Numbered from the whole stretch's first letter, positions 47,749 through 59,994 are shown. The stretch: DNA of 62,916 nucleotides, filler included, from Stramenopiles sp. TOSAG23-6 (GCA_900128565.1; 10 parts of 10 records of this genome joined end to end with filler, not necessarily neighbours in it); one strand, 5' to 3'. Notes: a model not told the origin generated them from the letters alone. Made by a program: numbers and translations.

Positions 47749-48827
47749 TACCCGTTGACTGCAATTACTTGGTTCGGGGTCGATGATCCTACACATATGG
47801 TACGAATTCCTATTTATTCTGCTATTACGGCAATACCCTTTTCATATGCACATGGTAATGGTGATACAGATACGTTTGTCTTACACAGTGCTTGTACGTT
47901 TTCATCATGAAGTTATCATCTATATTGTTCTACAATGAGAATTGTATACAAACAGATTTTGCAGATTTTTTTCAACGAATTTCGTATTTCTAAATTGTTT
48001 TTCACAATACATATTATTTATATTCATAATTTAGTTGCTAATTTGTTTTTTTTCGTATTTCTAAATTGTTTTTCACAATACATATTGGATTCATAATTTA
48101 GTTGCTAATTTAGTTTATTCACGTTACGATTTAATTGCTCCTGAGGTAGAAAAAAAGATTATTAATGTTGAACGTCAATATTTCAAAGATGTAGCGAGGA
48201 TTGACCAACAAGCGATGAAAATTTTAAATGAAAAATCAAATAATACAAATTCACAAATATCTAAAGTTGTAGATTTAATTACACAATTTTCTGTTACTAC
48301 TGGAGACAATGTATGTTTTATTTTTTTTTTTTTTAACAAAAAAATCAAATTTATTTTTTTTTTCATACGAAATTTTGTACCTAACAACTTTTTTTAGATT
48401 TTTTTGAAATATTTTTCCAAAATACATCACGTGGATGATTGGATTAAATTTTGGAAGCATCTCACTGTGAAATATAGAGATGGTCTAATTACTACACCAA
48501 GTGATCCACCCGAACGATCGATCGACTTAAAACCACCTGCAAACACAGAAACTGTTGGATATGTACGTTTTCATTCTAATATCGAATTTATTTTTTTCGT
48601 ACGAAATTTTGTACCTAACAAATTTTTTTAGATTTTTGAAATATTTTTTAATCATCCATTGTTCATCATGGCTTGAGCGAGTCTCTCGTGAGTCAAAAGA
48701 GCACTATGAAGTAAAGCAAACAAATTCATTTACAACAACATCGGTTACTTCTTTTGTAAGTGATGTAGACTCAGAATTGATTCAGCGTTTACAAGAACGT
48801 AAAGCGAATCTTTTACATCGGCGTTAA
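47749..48827 (+). CDS. Peptidase C69 (dipeptidase), C-terminal part; mirror copy at 55914-56992 (-)
   Basis: WFGVDD...IPIY, SA|YWIHNLVANLVYSRY and LTVKYRDG. Introns 47894-48083, 48311-48427 and 48563-48659. Confidence 0.75.
47894..48083 (+). mobile_element. Introner-like intron with a duplicated 3' end
   Basis: GCT T|GTACG...CAATACAT|AT TGG gives SAYW. An earlier CACAATACAT with a decayed exon copy lies at about 48003-48045. Confidence 0.72.
48311..48427 (+). mobile_element. Introner-like intron (TSD AT)
   Basis: GAC AAT|GTATG...AAATACAT|CAC GTG is in frame. Confidence 0.8.
48563..48659 (+). mobile_element. Introner-like intron (TSD AT)
   Basis: GGA TAT|GTACG...ATCCAT|TGT TCA is in frame. 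Confidence 0.72.
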
Positions 48828-49080
48828 TATATACAAAAAAAATTATATCGTTGTGTCGTGAATTAACATTNATTTTTTTCGTACGAAATTCCGTACCTAA
48901 TATTGGTTACAGATAGCTAGGCTAATTCAAATGTATTGTATTACACACGGAGAGTTTGAAATAAAAAACTATTTGCATTCGAATTATTAAAACAAAATAA
49001 ACATGATTAAAAACAACAAGATGTAACAAATTTACTATATTCTGTCTAGATAAATTGAAAATAGCATTTCTGTCTCAACA

Positions 49081-50249
49081 TTAATCTTCACCAGTTTCGA
49101 GGGCGCTTGCACCAGAAATAATTTCAATTAACTCGGTGGTAATACGTGCCTGTCGAATTCGGTTATACGCCAATGTAAATTTCTCAATCATCTCCTCAGC
49201 ATTTTTTGAGGCGTTTTCCATAGCTGCCATTCTTGCAGACTGTTCAGCAGCGTTACCATCAATAATCGCACCATAGAGACTACCAGCCATAGCAAACTCA
49301 GAGAGATTCATCAACGCTTCAGATTTATCCTCTGGCTCAAATTCATAGTTGAATAAATGTTTTGGTGTTGCATCAAATCCNGGTTCAGCATCTGGTGGAG
49401 GAGTCATATTTTTTAAGTGCATTTTCTGCTGTTCGTACGCAATCATACTGACGTAATGATTATAAATAATAGTACATTCATCATATTCAAAATCCACCAG
49501 ACGCGCGGCAAATCCTCCGCATGTTCCAAATGTAATTGGAACTTTGCAATGTTGGTCAACAGAATACAAAATATCTTCACCATGAGTCCGGTTCAATTGC
49601 CCTCTGCCTTTATCACCAACAGTAACGATTTTGACATCGTGACCTTGTGATTTCAACTCATCCACATAAATACGAGTCTGTTTTGCCACCTGAGAGTTGA
49701 TACCGCCACAGAGACCACGATCAGCGGAATTACAAACGACCATGTACTTTTTTGGTCCGTCTGAAGTATCAACTACATCTTCATCTTCAAAGTCTGCAGG
49801 AGGTTGCATAGTGCGAGAAAATATGGAGCCAAATGCTGCCCCATCATTCATCTTTTCCTCATCATACTTCATGCGGGCAGCGGAAACCATTTTCATACTG
49901 TTCTTTGGAAAAGACGTTAACAAGTTAAAAAATAAGTTCTTTAGAATTCAGAATATTTACCGAGTTTGACTAGATCAATATCAAAACAATTCAAACATAG
50001 ACACATATAGAAATAGAGAGTAACACCGAAAAAATGGGAAAACAAAGTAACAAGATAGAGACTGCAGTGGAAATAAACGCGTAAGAAGAAGGAAAATGCA
50101 ACTTACCTCTTGGTAATCTTTGCGATATTTCCAGTTGCTGCAATACGATCACGCATTTCCTTTTCAGATGCGAATCCACGCGCAACAGTAGCACGAGGCG
50201 CCATTGACGCAACGCAACTACGACTAATCATCGCTGTCCTAGAAAGCAT
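49081..50249 (-). CDS. ATP3: Mitochondrial ATP synthase gamma subunit, 2 exons (canonical intron 49898-50106)
   Basis: KITKS|MKMVSAA, ADRGLCGGINS, EQSARMAAMENASKNA and RQARITTELIEIISGA. Confidence 0.95.
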
Positions 50250-50516
50250 TCTCGGTCAATGAAGTTTACTATACTAATATGGACACAGCGCGAAAGACAT
50301 GCGGTTGTCGTTGTCGGTCGAATGTGACACAATTTTTTGATAATGTGCACGCGTTGACCACTTTAAAATCCTAAAATTTCGTGTAGGACGTGTTGATGAC
50401 ACGTGGCAAAAATGGAGCGAGTTTTGCATTCTCGAATTAATTCATAAACATTTTTAATTTTTTAAAATATTTCATATTAGGCAAGATCACAATTAACGCA
50501 AAAAACACCACAAGAA

Positions 50517-51482
50517 ATGACAACCAACGTGCCTGTTGGCCGAAAGAACCAAAAAACGATGACACAGCTTGACATCAGCGCACTCAATCTAAAAGCAGAT
50601 GATAACGCTAAACTAAAAAACTTCATATCACAACTCGATGCAGACGGAAATGGCAAATTAGACGAAGACGAAGTTGTACAAGCTGTAATATCGATGTTAT
50701 CTGATCAACAATCTGCAAAGAGGTTACGCTTCTACACGATTATTGTAACAACAATTTGTTTTGCTTTGTGTGCTGTTGTATTCGGATTATCGTTTGCAGC
50801 AACTGAGGTGAGTAAAGAATGTTTTGTAAAGGACAAAGCATTGAAAGATTCGAAAGGAAATGTCGTCGCTTCTCGACGGCAAGAGTACGTTGTCAAATCG
50901 TTCGCGAAGCACGATGATTCGACGGATACAATAACCGTTGACATAAACCAAAATGGGCGACGATTGGCAACCGAAACAAGAACTTTGGTGGGTTTCATAC
51001 CTTGCTTAGAAGTTACAAGTGCAATTGAGAGACTAAAGGAAGGCGACCATACNGTAACTGTCCCACTTGAGCTGCCACAAGGTAATGGAATCGTCAATAA
51101 TCTAAACCTAGAGCTCACTGCAAAAGAAAGTTGGAGTTCACCAAATCAATTTGGTATAGCTGATATAAAAGAATCCTCCGATAGAGGAGGCCCATATTCT
51201 GTTGTTTGCAACGTTAATACTTGTCACAATAGTCAAACAGGCACATGCAAAGTGTATTCAGGGCGGATAGAACATCGTCGTAGGCTACAAAAATTGCAAG
51301 GAAATACAGAGATGAAACAAGATATTGATCTTTTGCATTATCTTCACTCGAAGCCAGAAGAAACCAAAGCAGAAAGAATCGAACGTTACATGAAATTCAG
51401 CGCTGCTACATTTGCTACAATTGCAGCAACTTCTGCTGGATTATCAGGACGAATCTTACAACCACAACGTGGAAGCTGTTGA
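50517..51482 (+). CDS. Single-pass membrane protein with an N-terminal EF-hand and RRL motifs
   Basis: DADGNGKLDEDE; TM segment IIVTTICFALCAVVFGLSFAA; GRRLA and RRRLQ. Confidence 0.7.
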   Translation: MTTNVPVGRKNQKTMTQLDISALNLKADDNAKLKNFISQLDADGNGKLDEDEVVQAVISMLSDQQSAKRLRFYTIIVTTICFALCAVVFGLSFAATEVSKECFVKDKALKDSKGNVVASRRQEYVVKSFAKHDDSTDTITVDINQNGRRLATETRTLVGFIPCLEVTSAIERLKEGDHXVTVPLELPQGNGIVNNLNLELTAKESWSSPNQFGIADIKESSDRGGPYSVVCNVNTCHNSQTGTCKVYSGRIEHRRRLQKLQGNTEMKQDIDLLHYLHSKPEETKAERIERYMKFSAATFATIAATSAGLSGRILQPQRGSC

Positions 51483-51747
51483 AAGTTGTAAACTTCTTCT
51501 GCATTATCCGGACGAATCTTAAAGAACGGAGGAACATGTTAAAATTTATCAAAGTAAAAGCTTGGTTGATACGACCTAATACATTTTTTTTTCATACGAA
51601 ATTTCGTACCTAACGATTTTTTTAACTATTTTTTTTTTCTTCCGTCTCCAGTACTATCAAGATTGTTATAAGTGCATATACAACACACACCCAAGAGTAG
51701 AACAAAGCTGTCGATAATACAAAAATCTAATCTAAAAAATCAATTTA

Positions 51748-52095
51748 TTAATCGTTTTTATACATATCAAATCTCTTGAATGGTGCAAGTTTTGTCTCAT
51801 TAGCCCTCAATTGCTCACGATACCAACGTTTCTTAGCACTCTGCTCTGCTCTAAATCTTTCTTGTTGTTTTTTATAATTTGGAAGTTCATGAGCTACTCC
51901 ATGTCGCAAGTCTTCACTTGTAATTAAACCCTTTAGTAAGCGGTCCTGTCTAGGAAATGGCTGAATTTTTGTTTCTTCTTGTCGCAATTGCTCACGATAC
52001 CAACGTTTTTTTGCATTTTGATGAGCCGAAAATTTATGCTGATAATATTTAAAATCTGGAACTTCGTCACCGTACTTTGAGTATTTCATTCTCAT
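51748..52095 (-). CDS. 59-aa-repeat protein, short paralog
   Basis: Shares the repeat units with 52499-52993 but has a different N-terminus. Confidence 0.5.
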   Translation of the reverse strand: MRMKYSKYGDEVPDFKYYQHKFSAHQNAKKRWYREQLRQEETKIQPFPRQDRLLKGLITSEDLRHGVAHELPNYKKQQERFRAEQSAKKRWYREQLRANETKLAPFKRFDMYKND

Positions 52096-52498
52096 TTTTA
52101 TATCAATTTACCCTACGAGACTTAAAAAAATACTAAAATTCTGTAATTTAAGAGTGAAAATATACAGTACACTCAGCTCAAATGGTGGCAACTAAAGAAT
52201 GTGATTCGTAAACTCGTAAACAGATTTTCGCCGGATTTCTCTGATGCTGCAGCACTACTGTAGCACGTAAAGACTTAGTGTGGTTTGGTCTTCGAGATAT
52301 GATACGATTTTACGGTTATTTTTCCGATTCCAATATTTCATTTTAACGTATCAAATCTTTCACCTCTCTCGCTCTGTTACTTTTTTACATAATATCTTCT
52401 TAGTAGGTGCTTGTATTTCACAGGACAATGACCGAGGTAGGAATAAAAATAAACCACGCTTAAGATATTTTCCTTTTGCGTTGATATCAGCTTTTAGA

Positions 52499-52993
52499 AT
52501 GACTTCAAATTGGAATCGAGAACAAGAAAGATTTAGAGCAGAGCAGAGTGCTAAGAAACGTTGGTATCGTGAGCAATTGAGGGCTAATGAAACAAAAGTC
52601 CAACCATTTCGTAGACAGGACCGCTTACTAAAGGGGTTAATTACAAGCGAAGACTTGCGACAAGAAGTAGCTCATGAACTTCCAAACTACAAAAAACAAC
52701 AAGAAAAATTTTCGGCTCATCAAAATGCAAAAAAACGTTGGTATCGTGAGCAATTGCGACAAGAAGAAACAAAAATTCAGCCATTTCCTAGACAGGACCG
52801 CTTACTAAAGGGTTTAATTACAAGTGAAGACTTGCGACATGGAGTAGCTCATGAACTTCCAAATTATAAAAAACAACAAGAAAGATTTAGAGCAGAGCAG
52901 AGTGCTAAGAAACGTTGGTATCGTGAGCAATTGAGGGCTAATGAGACAAAACTTGCACCATTCAAGAGATTTGATATGTATAAAAACGATTAA
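52499..52993 (+). CDS. 59-aa-repeat protein (KKRWYREQLR motif x3)
   Basis: 177-nt period; CGTTGGTATCGTGAG at 52559 and 52736, with a third copy near 52913. Confidence 0.6.
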   Translation: MTSNWNREQERFRAEQSAKKRWYREQLRANETKVQPFRRQDRLLKGLITSEDLRQEVAHELPNYKKQQEKFSAHQNAKKRWYREQLRQEETKIQPFPRQDRLLKGLITSEDLRHGVAHELPNYKKQQERFRAEQSAKKRWYREQLRANETKLAPFKRFDMYKND

Positions 52994-53258
52994 TAAATTG
53001 ATTTTTTAGATTAGATTTTTGTATTATCGACAGCTTTGTTCTACTCTTGGGTGTGTGTTGTATATGCACTTATAACAATCTTGATAGTACTGGAGACGGA
53101 AGAAAAAAAAAATAGTTAAAAAAATCGTTAGGTACGAAATTTCGTATGAAAAAAAAATGTATTAGGTCGTATCAACCAAGCTTTTACTTTGATAAATTTT
53201 AACATGTTCCTCCGTTCTTTAAGATTCGTCCGGATAATGCAGAAGAAGTTTACAACTT

Positions 53259-54224
53259 TCAACAGCTTCCACGTTGTGGTTGTAAGATTCGTCCTGATAA
53301 TCCAGCAGAAGTTGCTGCAATTGTAGCAAATGTAGCAGCGCTGAATTTCATGTAACGTTCGATTCTTTCTGCTTTGGTTTCTTCTGGCTTCGAGTGAAGA
53401 TAATGCAAAAGATCAATATCTTGTTTCATCTCTGTATTTCCTTGCAATTTTTGTAGCCTACGACGATGTTCTATCCGCCCTGAATACACTTTGCATGTGC
53501 CTGTTTGACTATTGTGACAAGTATTAACGTTGCAAACAACAGAATATGGGCCTCCTCTATCGGAGGATTCTTTTATATCAGCTATACCAAATTGATTTGG
53601 TGAACTCCAACTTTCTTTTGCAGTGAGCTCTAGGTTTAGATTATTGACGATTCCATTACCTTGTGGCAGCTCAAGTGGGACAGTTACNGTATGGTCGCCT
53701 TCCTTTAGTCTCTCAATTGCACTTGTAACTTCTAAGCAAGGTATGAAACCCACCAAAGTTCTTGTTTCGGTTGCCAATCGTCGCCCATTTTGGTTTATGT
53801 CAACGGTTATTGTATCCGTCGAATCATCGTGCTTCGCGAACGATTTGACAACGTACTCTTGCCGTCGAGAAGCGACGACATTTCCTTTCGAATCTTTCAA
53901 TGCTTTGTCCTTTACAAAACATTCTTTACTCACCTCAGTTGCTGCAAACGATAATCCGAATACAACAGCACACAAAGCAAAACAAATTGTTGTTACAATA
54001 ATCGTGTAGAAGCGTAACCTCTTTGCAGATTGTTGATCAGATAACATCGATATTACAGCTTGTACAACTTCGTCTTCGTCTAATTTGCCATTTCCGTCTG
54101 CATCGAGTTGTGATATGAAGTTTTTTAGTTTAGCGTTATCATCTGCTTTTAGATTGAGTGCGCTGATGTCAAGCTGTGTCATCGTTTTTTGGTTCTTTCG
54201 GCCAACAGGCACGTTGGTTGTCAT
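53259..54224 (-). CDS. Mirror copy of the EF-hand membrane protein
   Basis: Identical translation to 50517-51482. Confidence 0.6.
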   Translation of the reverse strand: MTTNVPVGRKNQKTMTQLDISALNLKADDNAKLKNFISQLDADGNGKLDEDEVVQAVISMLSDQQSAKRLRFYTIIVTTICFALCAVVFGLSFAATEVSKECFVKDKALKDSKGNVVASRRQEYVVKSFAKHDDSTDTITVDINQNGRRLATETRTLVGFIPCLEVTSAIERLKEGDHXVTVPLELPQGNGIVNNLNLELTAKESWSSPNQFGIADIKESSDRGGPYSVVCNVNTCHNSQTGTCKVYSGRIEHRRRLQKLQGNTEMKQDIDLLHYLHSKPEETKAERIERYMKFSAATFATIAATSAGLSGRILQPQRGSC

Positions 54225-54491
54225 TTCTTGTGGTGTTTTTTGCGTTAATTGTGATCTTGCCTAATATGAAATATTTTAAAAAATTAAAAATGTTTATGAA
54301 TTAATTCGAGAATGCAAAACTCGCTCCATTTTTGCCACGTGTCATCAACACGTCCTACACGAAATTTTAGGATTTTAAAGTGGTCAACGCGTGCACATTA
54401 TCAAAAAATTGTGTCACATTCGACCGACAACGACAACCGCATGTCTTTCGCGCTGTGTCCATATTAGTATAGTAAACTTCATTGACCGAGA

Positions 54492-55660
54492 ATGCTTTCT
54501 AGGACAGCGATGATTAGTCGTAGTTGCGTTGCGTCAATGGCGCCTCGTGCTACTGTTGCGCGTGGATTCGCATCTGAAAAGGAAATGCGTGATCGTATTG
54601 CAGCAACTGGAAATATCGCAAAGATTACCAAGAGGTAAGTTGCATTTTCCTTCTTCTTACGCGTTTATTTCCACTGCAGTCTCTATCTTGTTACTTTGTT
54701 TTCCCATTTTTTCGGTGTTACTCTCTATTTCTATATGTGTCTATGTTTGAATTGTTTTGATATTGATCTAGTCAAACTCGGTAAATATTCTGAATTCTAA
54801 AGAACTTATTTTTTAACTTGTTAACGTCTTTTCCAAAGAACAGTATGAAAATGGTTTCCGCTGCCCGCATGAAGTATGATGAGGAAAAGATGAATGATGG
54901 GGCAGCATTTGGCTCCATATTTTCTCGCACTATGCAACCTCCTGCAGACTTTGAAGATGAAGATGTAGTTGATACTTCAGACGGACCAAAAAAGTACATG
55001 GTCGTTTGTAATTCCGCTGATCGTGGTCTCTGTGGCGGTATCAACTCTCAGGTGGCAAAACAGACTCGTATTTATGTGGATGAGTTGAAATCACAAGGTC
55101 ACGATGTCAAAATCGTTACTGTTGGTGATAAAGGCAGAGGGCAATTGAACCGGACTCATGGTGAAGATATTTTGTATTCTGTTGACCAACATTGCAAAGT
55201 TCCAATTACATTTGGAACATGCGGAGGATTTGCCGCGCGTCTGGTGGATTTTGAATATGATGAATGTACTATTATTTATAATCATTACGTCAGTATGATT
55301 GCGTACGAACAGCAGAAAATGCACTTAAAAAATATGACTCCTCCACCAGATGCTGAACCNGGATTTGATGCAACACCAAAACATTTATTCAACTATGAAT
55401 TTGAGCCAGAGGATAAATCTGAAGCGTTGATGAATCTCTCTGAGTTTGCTATGGCTGGTAGTCTCTATGGTGCGATTATTGATGGTAACGCTGCTGAACA
55501 GTCTGCAAGAATGGCAGCTATGGAAAACGCCTCAAAAAATGCTGAGGAGATGATTGAGAAATTTACATTGGCGTATAACCGAATTCGACAGGCACGTATT
55601 ACCACCGAGTTAATTGAAATTATTTCTGGTGCAAGCGCCCTCGAAACTGGTGAAGATTAA
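54492..55660 (+). CDS. ATP3: Mirror copy of ATP synthase gamma (intron 54635-54843, GTAAGT...ACAG)
   Basis: Identical to 49081-50249. Confidence 0.85.
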
Positions 55661-57170
55661 TGTTGAGACAGAAATGCTATTTTCAATTTATCTAGACAGA
55701 ATATAGTAAATTTGTTACATCTTGTTGTTTTTAATCATGTTTATTTTGTTTTAATAATTCGAATGCAAATAGTTTTTTATTTCAAACTCTCCGTGTGTAA
55801 TACAATACATTTGAATTAGCCTAGCTATCTGTAACCAATATTAGGTACGGAATTTCGTACGAAAAAAATNAATGTTAATTCACGACACAACGATATAATT
55901 TTTTTTGTATATATTAACGCCGATGTAAAAGATTCGCTTTACGTTCTTGTAAACGCTGAATCAATTCTGAGTCTACATCACTTACAAAAGAAGTAACCGA
56001 TGTTGTTGTAAATGAATTTGTTTGCTTTACTTCATAGTGCTCTTTTGACTCACGAGAGACTCGCTCAAGCCATGATGAACAATGGATGATTAAAAAATAT
56101 TTCAAAAATCTAAAAAAATTTGTTAGGTACAAAATTTCGTACGAAAAAAATAAATTCGATATTAGAATGAAAACGTACATATCCAACAGTTTCTGTGTTT
56201 GCAGGTGGTTTTAAGTCGATCGATCGTTCGGGTGGATCACTTGGTGTAGTAATTAGACCATCTCTATATTTCACAGTGAGATGCTTCCAAAATTTAATCC
56301 AATCATCCACGTGATGTATTTTGGAAAAATATTTCAAAAAAATCTAAAAAAAGTTGTTAGGTACAAAATTTCGTATGAAAAAAAAAATAAATTTGATTTT
56401 TTTGTTAAAAAAAAAAAAAATAAAACATACATTGTCTCCAGTAGTAACAGAAAATTGTGTAATTAAATCTACAACTTTAGATATTTGTGAATTTGTATTA
56501 TTTGATTTTTCATTTAAAATTTTCATCGCTTGTTGGTCAATCCTCGCTACATCTTTGAAATATTGACGTTCAACATTAATAATCTTTTTTTCTACCTCAG
56601 GAGCAATTAAATCGTAACGTGAATAAACTAAATTAGCAACTAAATTATGAATCCAATATGTATTGTGAAAAACAATTTAGAAATACGAAAAAAAACAAAT
56701 TAGCAACTAAATTATGAATATAAATAATATGTATTGTGAAAAACAATTTAGAAATACGAAATTCGTTGAAAAAAATCTGCAAAATCTGTTTGTATACAAT
56801 TCTCATTGTAGAACAATATAGATGATAACTTCATGATGAAAACGTACAAGCACTGTGTAAGACAAACGTATCTGTATCACCATTACCATGTGCATATGAA
56901 AAGGGTATTGCCGTAATAGCAGAATAAATAGGAATTCGTACCATATGTGTAGGATCATCGACCCCGAACCAAGTAATTGCAGTCAACGGGTATATATTTT
57001 GAAAAAATATTTCAAAAAAAAATCGTTAGGTACGAAATTTCGTACGAAAAAAAAATCGAATTTGAAAAAANNNNNNNNNNNNNNNNNNNNNNNNNNNNNN
57101 NNNNNNNNNNNNNNTTAATTAATTAANNNNNNNNNNNNNNNNNNNNNNNNNNNNNNNNNNNNNNNNNNNN

Positions 57171-57802
57171 CCAAAAGAAATTGGTCAACTAACAAATCTC
57201 ACACATTTGTAAGTAATCTATCAAAATTTATATAATAACTGTATCTGATTCATATATATATATAATATAATACTAACAAACATATTATATACTCAATTAT
57301 CATACAATTCAGGAATTTGTATCGAAACAAACTATCTGGTGAAATTCCAAGTGAAATTGGTGAACTAACAAGTCTCAAAACATTGGACTTGTCAAATAAC
57401 CAACTATCTGGCTCAATACCAAAAGAAATTGGTCAGCTAACAAATCTCGAATGGTTGGTCTTGCAAAGCAACAACCTATCTGGCTCAATTCCAAGTGAAA
57501 TTGGTAAACTAACAAAACTCAAATATTTGTACTTGTCAAATAACCGACTATCTGGTGCAATACCAACGGAAATTGGTCAACTAACAAATCTCGAAATGTT
57601 GTTCTTGTCACACAACCAACTATCTGGCTCAATTCCAAAAGAAATTGGTCAACTAACAAATCTCACAATTTTGTAAGTAATCTATCAAAATTCATATAAT
57701 AACTGTATCTGATTCATATATATATATATAATATAATACTAACAAACATATAATATACTCAATTATCATACAATTCAGGGGGTTGAATTCAAACAAACTA
57801 TC
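57171..57802 (+). CDS. 24-aa LRR protein fragment (LxLxxNxLSGxIPxEIGxL) with canonical introns 57209-57312 and 57673-57778
   Basis: Exon 57313-57672 is 360 nt, exactly 5 LRRs. Introns read GTAAGT...TACTAAC...TTCAG. Confidence 0.85.
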
Positions 57803-58632
57803 ATCGTCATGCCGCTTTGAGTCATGCCATGCCCCGCAGTGCTGTCTCAAATAAATTCATTTTCTCAAATCCTCTACTAGTCAATACAGTCAAATATTGC
57901 GGAGACATGTGTGTGCCATCTAGTTTAAACTCATCTTCTTTTTTTTTTACGTTTAAAAAACGTGCATTTAAAGGTATTTTTTTCATATTTCATTATATTT
58001 TTTTTCATACGAAATGTGTAACCTAATGAAAAAAAACAGTTTTTTGTAACATAAAATTAAAAAAAAATTAATTTAATTTTTTTTTGGTACGAAATTTTGT
58101 ACCTAACAATTTTTTTTTTTTGAAATATAATACAACAATATAAGAAAATCTAGACATGACAAGCATACAAAACTGTTGTTATATACAAAACACGTTAGAG
58201 ATGTCAAAATTAAAGACGAATTCAGAAAATATTTACAAGTGAAAAATTATTAAGTTTCAAAGATTTGTAGCATTTTTGTCTACTTTTGAAAAATTCTGGA
58301 ATTTTGAATATAATAAAAACAGAAATGGAAATTCTCATTTTTTTTTATATAGAAAAAATGGTATGGAATCCAAATATACATAGAAGAACATTGATCGATC
58401 AGAGTTAATCATCATTTCTTTCGACAAAAAAAAATCTGAAATTAAAATTTTTTTATTTTGTTTTCAAGAAAAAAAAATTAAAGCAATTTTTGAATTGCTG
58501 TTACCATCTTTGAGCATTCTTTGGTATAATTCNNNNNNNNNNNNNNNNNNNNNNNNNNNNNNNNNNNNNNNNNNNNTTAATTAATTAANNNNNNNNNNNN
58601 NNNNNNNNNNNNNNNNNNNNNNNNNNNNNNNN

Positions 58633-59994
58633 ATTCTAACTGCCACTGTACCATTTTGGCTGACTGAGAATCATTAGATATCTCGTCACGTAAGTAAATA
58701 GTGACAGCAGGAGTTTTGATAGTTTTTGCAATATTAATAATTTCTTTTAGTCGAGGGACACCAAGAGTGACATTTTTCGCCGAAACACCAGCAAAATGAA
58801 AAGTATTCAAAGTCATCTGAGTTGCAGGCTCACCTATACTTTGCGCAGCAATGACTCCAACCACCTCACTAGGGTTAACTCTAGCTGTCAAGTAACGTGA
58901 TAAAATTTCTCCGACGACCCATTCAAATGATTCCGTCGAGAGACGATATTCATGCAGAACTCTTTTTGATGCCAATTTTGATCTCACAAGAATGTGGAAT
59001 AGAATAGTAGCGTTGTGTTGTGCTTCAACGGATAAACCATCTTCGCCAGGTACTACAATACATTTAGTTAACATATCGCGTACAGCATAGTACACGTCTA
59101 CAGGATTAAGATCCGAAGGCTCATTAAAATCCACACCAAAACTTCTTTGAGCATTTAAGATCAATCTATTGATATTCACAGGCAAAGGCAAATTCGCGTC
59201 GGACTCACGACCAGATTCACGACAACACATAACTTCACGAAGTACACCTCTGTCTTCCTCAAGTTCTTCAATTTCATCATTTAATACTTGTTGTTTATCC
59301 GAATCATTTCGGATATCTTCTAGAACTTCTTCAGACATATACACTACACCGCCGCGCTTATCATCACGACCTAACCTAGATGAATTAAAATTAAATTTAA
59401 ACATCGCTTTGAATTTCGCACGGCTTAATTTCAGAGAATCGAAATATTGATTTTCAATCCAGCGACCATCCATTCCATCTTCGCCATACAAAAACTGAAT
59501 AATTTGACCACGACTATTTCTCACAGTTCCATCATACTTCACCTGAACATCTTCCATCGATTTCACAAGACGACGCTTAGAGAAAAAAATTTTGTTGACT
59601 TCAAGTTACCATCATTCTATAGTTCAAGGATTCGCGCTCGATTGCGTGCAGATGCGTGGGTCGTTAATTTGCGAGACAGGTGTGTATCATTTTATGATCT
59701 AGGTTTGCGTATGGCAAAATTGAAATTCATGATGAAAACGTACACCCATTGCATGAAAGAAAAACTCTTGTGGTGTTAATCCTTTCAGATAACTGTTTTC
59801 AACAAATCCTCGAGATGCTGAACCAAGATCATCTTTTGCAAAATGAGGTAATGTTCGATAACTAAATCCGTATGGTATGCGTTTCCCTTCAACATTTTGC
59901 TGACCAACACAAGCAATTACTTGGGATATATTAATAAAAGAACCTTTAGACCCAGCTGTTACCATTGCTTTCATATTATTTGTTTCATCAAATG
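58633..59994 (-). CDS. RPB1: RNA polymerase II largest subunit, internal fragment
   Basis: [52 protein letters not shown] and [39 protein letters not shown]. Confidence 0.95.

Larger units (their letters stand above)
47671..57070. repeat. Contig-wide inverted repeat: arms 47671-52035 and 52706-57070, 670-nt spacer
   Basis: Paired features mirror with coordinate sum 104741, including the ambiguous N bases. Confidence 0.95.

Noticed and set aside
53259-56992. Second copies of ATP synthase gamma, the C69 peptidase and the EF-hand gene as independent paralogs
   Set aside because: They mirror the first copies including Ns, so they were not counted as independent evidence.
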